Of a stretch of DNA of 64,000 nucleotides, positions 55,592 through 63,169 are shown one piece after another (within the stretch, counting starts at the first letter, position 1; each line of letters begins with the position of its first letter). The DNA is taken from positions 186,001-250,000 of IMG/VR virus record IMGVR_UViG_3300030419_008158, one strand, 5' to 3'. The notes under the pieces were generated by a model. The model did no database searches. It was not told the origin of the DNA and saw nothing but the letters and a program-made list of their open reading frames with translations. The position numbers and the translations under genes are program-made.

Positions 55592-56544
55592 GCTCCCCTT
55601 ATCTCGTCAAATCTACTGAAGAGTTTTTTTGCAAGTGCTTCTCTAACAGACCCCAGCAGAGATCTAAAGGGCTCTTCGGTGAAGCAATAATGACCTGATA
55701 CTTCTACAATCATTCTTTCAGGTGGCGAACTTTTGTGCTCTTCAGGAATCCACTTGGAAAATTTATTGACTTTTTTGCATGTTCGAAGAGCATCATCAAA
55801 TCTAATCCCATGCTCCAGAAGAAGTCGGGTTTGTGTGACACCAAACTCAGGCGCTATGTTAATAGAGTCTAAGCCTAGCGAGGCTCTTTTTTGTATTTGT
55901 GCCCTTGACAAGTAATCCCCGTTGTGCTCTTTGGAAAGAATGCCGTGCTTTTTTGTAATCTCCACCATGTCTTCAAGCCTGGCCGGATCAAAATTTCCAA
56001 CGTTGGACGTGCCACTTATTTTTACGCCTGACTGTATTACGCCGAACTTTACACGGTCAAATTCTCTACCCATGCTTTTTTGAAGAGATGACAAAATAAA
56101 ATCTAAGTCTTCAGCTGTATACGGAAAAATTGACTCTTCGGTACCTACTTCAAATAGAATATTATCGTCTAGATTCATGCAGTAAGAAATTAACTCTTCA
56201 GTTTTTCGAACGCCCTCTTCAACAGTGCTGCACGTCTTCCATGGATCGATGTGAAGCATGTCAAATTTGCTTTCAATATCGTTTTTTAGGCTGTCTAGAC
56301 CGTCATCATGCTCTGACCCTTGACCGGGCCCACCATGATCTCTAACTAAGCAAACAGCATCACTTTTCTCTTTAACATATTGAGAAAAATCACCTGTCGT
56401 CCAACTATTGACGTACCCACCGGTATTTTCAATTTGCCGCCTAGACGGAATCAAACCTAGCGAGCTTTTTTCTTTGGAGTATTCTATTACTATGTCAACT
56501 ATCTCTTGAGACATGGGGCCCACAAACAATCTTGGTATTTTCAT
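55582..56544 (-). CDS. GatZ/KbaZ-like TIM-barrel sugar-phosphate epimerase/aldolase-like protein
   Basis: SRRQI..GGY, RDHGGP, HIDP, EVGTE, KEHNGDY, NIAPEFG. Confidence 0.72.
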   Translation of the reverse strand: MKIPRLFVGPMSQEIVDIVIEYSKEKSSLGLIPSRRQIENTGGYVNSWTTGDFSQYVKEKSDAVCLVRDHGGPGQGSEHDDGLDSLKNDIESKFDMLHIDPWKTCSTVEEGVRKTEELISYCMNLDDNILFEVGTEESIFPYTAEDLDFILSSLQKSMGREFDRVKFGVIQSGVKISGTSNVGNFDPARLEDMVEITKKHGILSKEHNGDYLSRAQIQKRASLGLDSINIAPEFGVTQTRLLLEHGIRFDDALRTCKKVNKFSKWIPEEHKSSPPERMIVEVSGHYCFTEEPFRSLLGSVREALAKKLFSRFDEIRGAWE

Positions 56545-58121
56545 AGATCACCTCTTTTCTCCAGGCTTCGAAACAGATTGTACTTGCCGAAATTAAACAA
56601 AAACTTATCAAGTGGGTGCTCATGAAGTGGAGACATATTAATCCATATCAAAGATGTAAGCATCTTAACCTTGTCTAAATCATACCCGTGTGACGTTACG
56701 AAACTGTGTAAAACTTCTTGACAATCAATTAGATTTTTTCTGCATAAAATGTCACACTCATAACCTACTTTTCGAGGTTGCAGTATGTAGTGACTTTGAT
56801 TGACTAGCTCATGATTGAAGACAAGATTGTGATTTAGTTTTGCAAGATCATAGTACACATCACCCACATCTAATCTTCCTGCAAAATCTTGACGCCAGTC
56901 TATTAGAACAAAATCTGTTTCTGTTTCGATGACGTTGTCAAGAATCAGATCGCCATGTATTGTAGTAGCTATGCCATTACAAAGCCATTCCCAATCTATT
57001 GAAGACAACATCTCTTGTACAGGCGGGATTTTCTTTCCGTTGATAATTGATGCTTTATCAGACAGATCCCCTAAATGAAGCTGTATCCTCTTTTTAGTTT
57101 TTTCAAAATAAAACTTATGACAGTCTGCAGATATGTCTTCGTTACTCTTACCCGGGTTCCACATGTTTTGTGAAACCCAGTCTAAAAATAGTGACATTTT
57201 ATCAGGTGTGACAGAATCAGCAAAGAGGTCTCCTGGGACGTATCTATATTTGAAAAAATGTCTAGAAGATGCAGCTATTCTAGGTACCAACCCAGACAAA
57301 GAAGTTGCCCTTTCTACACGTTTACTAATAAGCGTCTCATCATGAAAAAACTTGACGACGTGATTATTTACAATATAAATGTTTTCCTGAATTTTGTCCA
57401 AGACTTCTATCGAAGAGGACATTTTCTCTCTGGTTTTTGACAAAGCGAAAGGCTCGCCGATATCATACCATTCGTCTACTAATACTGTGTCAAATTGAAT
57501 ATTTTCCTGGTCTGACATCATCTGCAAAACATGGCAATCCGAAAGACTTTTAGCACTTGCCTTGTCCGACGTAGCTACTATTCTATCTAGACATCTCCAG
57601 AATATTTCGAAGTCTTTAATTCCAGCCAAGCCCGGATAGGCGTAATCGTAATTAATTTCTCCCTTTTCATTGATCTTGATAAGGTGTTGATCAGGTGAAA
57701 CATTGATAGTTCTATACTGCTCAGAAGTTTCTGATTTTGCAGTACCGATCCAGTTATATGAAGGGTCAGGTATCTTGTCGAGTATGACTGAGTCGCAAAC
57801 ATGAAAAATAAAAGGGCACTGCAATTTCGGCCTGGCGACGTTCATTGAATGAAGAAGGCTAGAGTTTTCACCCTTATAATTTTCGACTTCTACAAATTCA
57901 AAACTAGCACCAGGATAAGTCAACTCCAAAAACTCTTTCACGTGATAACCATAATGTCCTATGGTTATCACAAATTTTGTACCAGAAGGATAATTCTCAA
58001 TTATGTGTGATAGTGCAGGTTTGTCTCCCACTCTTACAAGTGACTTGTTAGTAAAGTCTGTCAAGCTACCTAAGCGACTCCCTAAGCCGCTGGTCGTTAT
58101 TAGTACTTTATGCTCTGCCAT
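56541..58121 (-). CDS. nucleotidyltransferase fused to choline/APH-kinase-like domain
   Basis: SGLGSRL...K..V; WYDIG; HGDL..DN, IDWR, YYDLAKL. Confidence 0.8.
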   Translation of the reverse strand: MAEHKVLITTSGLGSRLGSLTDFTNKSLVRVGDKPALSHIIENYPSGTKFVITIGHYGYHVKEFLELTYPGASFEFVEVENYKGENSSLLHSMNVARPKLQCPFIFHVCDSVILDKIPDPSYNWIGTAKSETSEQYRTINVSPDQHLIKINEKGEINYDYAYPGLAGIKDFEIFWRCLDRIVATSDKASAKSLSDCHVLQMMSDQENIQFDTVLVDEWYDIGEPFALSKTREKMSSSIEVLDKIQENIYIVNNHVVKFFHDETLISKRVERATSLSGLVPRIAASSRHFFKYRYVPGDLFADSVTPDKMSLFLDWVSQNMWNPGKSNEDISADCHKFYFEKTKKRIQLHLGDLSDKASIINGKKIPPVQEMLSSIDWEWLCNGIATTIHGDLILDNVIETETDFVLIDWRQDFAGRLDVGDVYYDLAKLNHNLVFNHELVNQSHYILQPRKVGYECDILCRKNLIDCQEVLHSFVTSHGYDLDKVKMLTSLIWINMSPLHEHPLDKFLFNFGKYNLFRSLEKRGDL

Positions 58122-58449
58122 ATTTGTCTTTTAGGCGGACGATATCGTCCTCGCCAAAGTAAGATCCCGTTTGAACTTCAATGAACACCAAATCTTCACT
58201 ACCACAATTTTTGATTGTGTGTTTAGACATAACGGGAACGTGAACTCGATCACCTCCGGAAACTGTCAAAGGCTTGCCGTCTAAAAACACTTCGCCGGCG
58301 CCCGAAACTATTATCCAGTCCTCAGCTCGCTTGTGATGAAATTGATAGCTTGGGCTTTGCCCGGGCTTCACAGTAATTTTTTTTACTTTACAATTTTCAT
58401 CGTCCAAAAGAACTTCATAGATACCCCATGGCCTCTCTGTCTTTTCCAT
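58108..58449 (-). CDS. cupin, type II mannose-6-phosphate isomerase C-terminal domain
   Basis: ERPWG, SYQFHHKRAE.W, EVQTGSYFGEDDIVRL.D.YGR. Confidence 0.88.
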   Translation of the reverse strand: MEKTERPWGIYEVLLDDENCKVKKITVKPGQSPSYQFHHKRAEDWIIVSGAGEVFLDGKPLTVSGGDRVHVPVMSKHTIKNCGSEDLVFIEVQTGSYFGEDDIVRLKDKYGRA

Positions 58450-58791
58450 CTAGTTTCCCCTATATGCCACAATTGATGCTATCTTTAGATCTTCTTTTTC
58501 TCCAGAGAATGTAATAATGTCAACAACAGGCAAGACCGGGTCGTCATTTGCAAAAATAGAAAGTTCTGCTATTACTGTCATATCATTGACATGTAGATTG
58601 TCTACGTTGACCCGCAGAGAATTGACTGACTTGAAGATTTCGTCGTTTGCTCCCAAAACATCCTGCTTTCCAGACACAGAAATGTTCCAATCTTTGAGAG
58701 AGACATTTTCATGAAACATATCCCCCAGCGTTTCTAGTTGCTTTTGTTCAAATGCAGTAAAATAAGATCTCGCAATATCTTCTAAATTCAT
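58450..58791 (-). CDS. SnoaL/NTF2-like protein
   Basis: YFTAF..L..MF..V.L.DW...G pattern. Confidence 0.72.
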   Translation of the reverse strand: MNLEDIARSYFTAFEQKQLETLGDMFHENVSLKDWNISVSGKQDVLGANDEIFKSVNSLRVNVDNLHVNDMTVIAELSIFANDDPVLPVVDIITFSGEKEDLKIASIVAYRGN

Positions 58792-58817
58792 AGTTTTCCT
58801 TTTTATGAACCGAGATG

Positions 58818-60464
58818 CTATCCTGCGTAGGTTAGCATTCTTTCGGCTTCGCTTGTACCGTACTTGTCAATATAGTATTTTTCTGACAATTCTTCAAATA
58901 TCTTATTTCCCACGTCGTCGAACTTTTCTGCTCTTTTAATGTCCTTATGGTATGACTTGGGCAGTGTGACGTAAAGAGGAAAGACCCGTTGAATTCCCAA
59001 CATTTCATCAGGCTGAAGGTATGGTTTTGGCATTCTCAAAATAGACTTTTCTATGAAAGAAGTCGCTTGAAGATTCGGGTCTAACCATCCTTCTTCTATC
59101 GCTTTCTGTCGTAACACTGTTCCTCTATAGGGTGCAAATATATTGACTGCGATAGAATCAAAAGTTTCGATGTCCCTTACAAGATTGATGGTATCAAGAA
59201 CCAACTCTCTTGTCTCGTAGGGCATTCCGATAATTGTGTTAACTGAGTAGGGCAATTTGAAATTTCCTAAAATCTTAGCCTTTTCAATCATAGTTTCGTT
59301 TTTGATTCTACGATAAAGTCTTTTTCTTCGAAACTCTTCATTACCATGCTCCAGCCCAAAAGACATTCGATACAAACCTACTTCACGAAGCCATCCTATC
59401 TTATCTTCATCAATATCTTCAAACCGAGTCTGGCACCAGAAAGGAAGCCGAAAGTCTTTGTACATCTCAGCAAATTCTTTTAGTTCGCTTTTTGGGCGGG
59501 CCATAAAAGCATCATCATTAATATACAGAAAATTAGGATTGTACTTCTCAACCATCGATTCTAGCTCTCGTCGAACTGTATCGATACTTTTTCGTCTTGT
59601 GTATACGCCCTGCTTTTTTTCTTTTGCAAGGACACTCTGGATGGGAGAATTACAAAACGTGCACTGGTATGGGCAGCCTCTGTAAGTTTCAATTGGAATT
59701 GCCTTCCAAATCTTAGCACCGAGAGGCCTAAGAAAACGTCTTTCATCGAACAAAGAAAAATCTGGAATTATGTCATTGACATTTACCAGAGGTCTGGGTC
59801 CGTTGATTATGATTTTTCCATCTTTATCTTTTGCCCGGGTTCCTTTGATATCGAGCAGAGATGTAGAGTTTCGCACAGACTCACAAAATTCAGGTATAAT
59901 GTGCTCTCCTTCACCCGATGCTATGCATTGCACGTTAGGATCAGAAATTACATCATTCGGTGCCATTGTTGGAAAAACCCCACCTATGATCGATTTAATG
60001 TTTGGATATTTTGAAACAACAGACATCAAGTCTTGCACTTGAGGCCATGTATCCTCGACCAGCGTAGAAACAATAACTACATGTGGGTCAAACTCTTCAA
60101 GCTTCTGGGTAAAATCTCCTAACAAGTCTGTCTTTGGATTGCCAAATAGCTTTATTGGATCAAACTTTCTGCTGGCCATGAGCTTGTTTGCACGCGTAGC
60201 ACTAGCTGATTCGTCCATTGCTTCTTTTACATTTTCATCGTCTGCTTTTCCGACAAACTCATAAGTTGGCATATAAGGTGTGCAGTCAAAAAGATCCACA
60301 TTATATTTTTGTTCTTTGAGAATTGCTGTCCACAAGCCTATAGCATAAGAAGGTGTCAACATCATGCTCAAGTTGGGATAGACAATTAAAGTTCGAAAGT
60401 CTTCTCTATCAATGCTTTTTGCTGTTGATGAAACTTCTTTCTTGATTTTTACTTCTCTAGACAT
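58818..60464 (-). CDS. B12-binding-domain radical SAM enzyme
   Basis: GGVFPT, GEGE, RGCPYQCTFC, NDDAF, GLEHG, IIGMPYET. Confidence 0.88.
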   Translation of the reverse strand: MSREVKIKKEVSSTAKSIDREDFRTLIVYPNLSMMLTPSYAIGLWTAILKEQKYNVDLFDCTPYMPTYEFVGKADDENVKEAMDESASATRANKLMASRKFDPIKLFGNPKTDLLGDFTQKLEEFDPHVVIVSTLVEDTWPQVQDLMSVVSKYPNIKSIIGGVFPTMAPNDVISDPNVQCIASGEGEHIIPEFCESVRNSTSLLDIKGTRAKDKDGKIIINGPRPLVNVNDIIPDFSLFDERRFLRPLGAKIWKAIPIETYRGCPYQCTFCNSPIQSVLAKEKKQGVYTRRKSIDTVRRELESMVEKYNPNFLYINDDAFMARPKSELKEFAEMYKDFRLPFWCQTRFEDIDEDKIGWLREVGLYRMSFGLEHGNEEFRRKRLYRRIKNETMIEKAKILGNFKLPYSVNTIIGMPYETRELVLDTINLVRDIETFDSIAVNIFAPYRGTVLRQKAIEEGWLDPNLQATSFIEKSILRMPKPYLQPDEMLGIQRVFPLYVTLPKSYHKDIKRAEKFDDVGNKIFEELSEKYYIDKYGTSEAERMLTYAG

Positions 60465-60816
60465 CTATTTCTTCTATTCCTTTATTTCTAGTAACACAGT
60501 AGGCATACGCCGTAGGAATATCAGAATCTTTTTTGAAATCATTGATGAGAATTCTGGATCCGCCGCCGATGCCCATGACAAGCTGATCGTATATTATGCC
60601 CGCATCAGACAATTGTTCAACTGTCTGCTTTCGCATACACTCCTTTCGGCCTGTCACCAGGATTATATTATACCCTTTGCGATCCCACTCATTCAGCTTT
60701 TCAATAGTTCCTTTTAGGAGCGTCATTTTGCTATGAGAAGATGCAGCTGTACTTGGTTTCATATGTGTTACAAGCGTGCCATCAATATCACAAAAAATAG
60801 TTTTAGGACGACTCAT
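60457..60816 (-). CDS. short HAD-superfamily phosphatase
   Basis: CDIDGTL, VTGR, LIND; GGAG RBS at MSRPKT. Confidence 0.8.
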   Translation of the reverse strand: MSRPKTIFCDIDGTLVTHMKPSTAASSHSKMTLLKGTIEKLNEWDRKGYNIILVTGRKECMRKQTVEQLSDAGIIYDQLVMGIGGGSRILINDFKKDSDIPTAYAYCVTRNKGIEEIDV

Positions 60817-60831
60817 CTCGCTGTCTCCGTG

Positions 60832-60907
60832 TGGAGCGGGTGATGGGTCTCGAACCCACAACATTCAGCTTGGAAGGCTGACACTCTACCAATTGAGTTA
60901 CACCCGC
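60832..60907 (-). tRNA. tRNA-Gly(TCC)
   Basis: 76-nt cloverleaf, GCG start, U73, CCA. Confidence 0.95.
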
Positions 60908-61014
60908 AAAAAAATGGTTACTAGATAATACTAAGATCATTTTTCACCTAGTCCGGTTATGGACTTATTATTGTTCATCATATAGACACCACTGTCTTAT
61001 TCTACTGTCATAGT

Positions 61015-61632
61015 TTAATCCTTTTTGCCGCCATTGTTAACCCAGCTAAGTTTTTTCCTAAGCATTTTATGAATTCCTGGATTCACGATCAAAGATTTTG
61101 GTAGCAATTCGTGTCTAATAAAATTTCTCATAAATCGAGTATCAGAGTTACTGGGATCTTCAACATAAGATACGTTCTTTCTTGCACACCAATCTTCAAA
61201 AATTGCTTTTCTGGTTTGCAAAAAAGGTCGAATATAACAATCTCTAGTCTCTGGGATCAAATACGAAGTACCGTGCAGTGAAGTAAAAATCCAAGTCTCA
61301 GCAACGTCATCCAAGTGATGACATGTAATTACTGGCAGATTTTCTCGAGAATCTTCAAAAAAATCATATCTCTTCACTCTCCAAAAGTCTTCTAAAGAAA
61401 CACCCTTTGGAGGTTCATCCCAGTTTTTTCCCACAGTAATTGGGATATCTTTTTCTATACAGTACTTTCGAACTAGAACCTCTGCCTTGTCAGAATAATC
61501 TGTCCCGTGATTATAGTGCAGAACACGCACATCGTGTGACTTGCGTAAAAAATCTAAAGCTGCCATTGAATCACAACCACCGGACACAGCAATAGCAATT
61601 TGTCTCGGCAGCTTTCTTGAAAGTCGAATCAC
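61015..61632 (-). CDS. tilS: tRNA(Ile)-lysidine synthetase, catalytic domain only
   Basis: AVSGGCDS PP-loop, HHLDDVAET, IRPF, EDPSN...RNFIRH. Confidence 0.88.
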   Translation of the reverse strand: MIRLSRKLPRQIAIAVSGGCDSMAALDFLRKSHDVRVLHYNHGTDYSDKAEVLVRKYCIEKDIPITVGKNWDEPPKGVSLEDFWRVKRYDFFEDSRENLPVITCHHLDDVAETWIFTSLHGTSYLIPETRDCYIRPFLQTRKAIFEDWCARKNVSYVEDPSNSDTRFMRNFIRHELLPKSLIVNPGIHKMLRKKLSWVNNGGKKD

Positions 61633-61650
61633 GACAATCTCCTTTTTGAA

Positions 61651-61727
61651 TGGTGGGCCTCCGGGGACTTGAACCCCGAACCTGCCGGTTATGAGCCGGA
61701 TGCTCTAACCTATTGAGCTAGAGGCCC
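61651..61727 (-). tRNA. tRNA-Ile2(CAT) (lysidine substrate; Met less likely)
   Basis: CAT anticodon, G1-C72 paired, adjacent to tilS, CCA. Confidence 0.85.
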
Positions 61728-61737
61728 TCAAATAACT

Positions 61738-61810
61738 TACCCCCTGTCCGGTTCGAACGGACGACCTAGCGGTTAAAAGCCGCGTGCTCTACCAACTGAG
61801 CTAAGGAGGT
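61738..61810 (-). tRNA. tRNA-Lys(TTT), CCA not encoded
   Basis: 73-nt cloverleaf. Confidence 0.85.
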
Positions 61811-61844
61811 ATAAATGAAGCGGGTCACCCAACATCCCGCTTCT

Positions 61845-62029
61845 GACACGGCCTATCCCCCTCGGCCTAACTGCGGGTTATCGCAGGTCTGCATTCTGGG
61901 TTACGCTTACGCAATCACGAGCCTGGCTTCAACCGGCATGCCACTCGCTCCATCTCGTTTATAAGATGTTAACGCTCCAAACGCTAAGCTAAGTGCCCGG
62001 TGATCTATCCAGGTCCCTTGACCCGTGTC
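61845..62029 (-). ncRNA. candidate ~185-nt structured RNA
   Basis: Closed by GACACGG/CCGTGTC; several internal helices; lies in tRNA operon with no credible ORF. Confidence 0.45.
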
Positions 62030-62047
62030 TCCCACATAACTTTATCA

Positions 62048-62226
62048 AACCCGGGGCCGGATTTGAACCGGCTACCCCACCTCGTAACGTAGATCCACTT
62101 TGCATAAGTGTTTCCAACGCAGACCCCATCGCCACTAGTTCCGGCAGGGGCGATCTTCCCTGTTTGCTCCGGTGTGTGGATCTTTGGTTTCCTACTGGGT
62201 GCGCTCTCCCAATGAGCTACCCGGGT
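62048..62226 (-). ncRNA. tRNA-like RNA with ~106-nt insertion in anticodon arm
   Basis: Acceptor ACCCGGG/CCCGGGT, D-arm GCTC/GAGC, T-arm GCCGG-TTCAAAT-CCGGC intact; structured insert between CACC and GGTG. Confidence 0.75.
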
Positions 62227-62232
62227 ACATAA

Positions 62233-62309
62233 TGGCACCCCGAACAGGATTCGAACCTGTGACCCTCGGCTTAGAAGGCCGATGCTCTATCCAGCTGAGC
62301 TATCGGGGC
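62233..62309 (-). tRNA. tRNA-Arg(TCT)
   Basis: 77-nt cloverleaf, CCA. Confidence 0.95.
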
Positions 62310-62347
62310 ATTTTTTATTTAGATTTCAATGAGCAATCTTACAAGAT

Positions 62348-62376
62348 ATTATAACATCTTCATTGATCATTTACAT
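62348..62376 (-). promoter_or_regulatory. ATGTAA-N17-TATAAT promoter (tRNA operon)
   Basis: Near-consensus motif. Confidence 0.7.
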
Positions 62377-62388
62377 CTATTATATGAT

Positions 62389-62474
62389 TGGTGCGGCTGG
62401 CGGGATTCGAACCCGCATAGCTCAAAGCCGACAGATTTTAAGTCTGTTGTGTATACCAGTTCCACCACAGCCGC
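62389..62474 (-). tRNA. tRNA-Leu(TAA)
   Basis: 86-nt cloverleaf with variable arm, CCA. Confidence 0.95.
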
Positions 62475-62522
62475 GAAATCTCTTTATATTTCAATGAGCG
62501 TGTCAACCTCTTGACAGAAAAT

Positions 62523-62551
62523 ATTATAACACGCTGTGACTGTCTTTACAC
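62523..62551 (-). promoter_or_regulatory. GTGTAA-N17-TATAAT promoter (tRNA operon)
   Basis: Exact motif. Confidence 0.8.
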
Positions 62552-62561
62552 GAAATAAGCC

Positions 62562-62960
62562 CTACAGAACAGTAGAGGCTACTATTTTTTTTGCCCACTT
62601 AATACATGGTTTTAGAAAAGCATATGTGTTTTCTTCCAGAACGTCCCAATCAACCCACTGTGAGTCAATGTGCTCAACGACGAGAGTGTGTGGGTGAGGA
62701 GTTATGACTGGATCTTGGGTTGTCTGTGCCACGTAGCATGTCATATCTCCACTGATTACACTCTTGTTGCCCCAGACAAAATTGAGATTTGTAATGCCAG
62801 CTTCTTCTTTGGTTTCACGTAAAGCTGCTTCTAAAGAAGACTCTCCGGGATCAATGATACCCTTGGGAATATCCATCACGCCGTCTCTTGCGATAAGTGC
62901 AAGAACTTTTGTCTTTTCGTGAATCTGTCTGACGATTATAATTCCAGCGCCGGGTTTCAT
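62562..62960 (-). CDS. NUDIX hydrolase (Ap4A hydrolase-like)
   Basis: PKG..DPGE....AALRETKEEAG Nudix box; AGIII, EH..SQW. Confidence 0.88.
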   Translation of the reverse strand: MKPGAGIIIVRQIHEKTKVLALIARDGVMDIPKGIIDPGESSLEAALRETKEEAGITNLNFVWGNKSVISGDMTCYVAQTTQDPVITPHPHTLVVEHIDSQWVDWDVLEENTYAFLKPCIKWAKKIVASTVL

Positions 62961-63145
62961 TTCTTTTTCTTTCTACGTGCTGAACGTCTGATGAACTTTT
63001 CCAACAAAAAAAGTCGCCGCTTTAGAAACTTGTTCTCTAGTTCGAGGCGTTTGCGTGCTTCTTCGTCTTCTGGGCTCATGAATAGAAAGGAGACGAAAAT
63101 TCCTGCTAAAAAGCAAAGAAAATGGGTTACAAATGTATAGACCAT
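62957..63145 (-). CDS. small membrane-anchored protein
   Basis: AGGAG RBS; TM then coiled coil. Confidence 0.6.
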   Translation of the reverse strand: MVYTFVTHFLCFLAGIFVSFLFMSPEDEEARKRLELENKFLKRRLFLLEKFIRRSARRKKKK

Positions 63146-63169
63146 GAATTTCTCTCCTGTTGTATATTA

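Noticed and set aside
62075-62200. Group I intron in a tRNA
   Set aside because: Insert of about 106 nt is too short and no P7 core or canonical U33 splice context is recognisable; kept as an unexplained tRNA-like RNA
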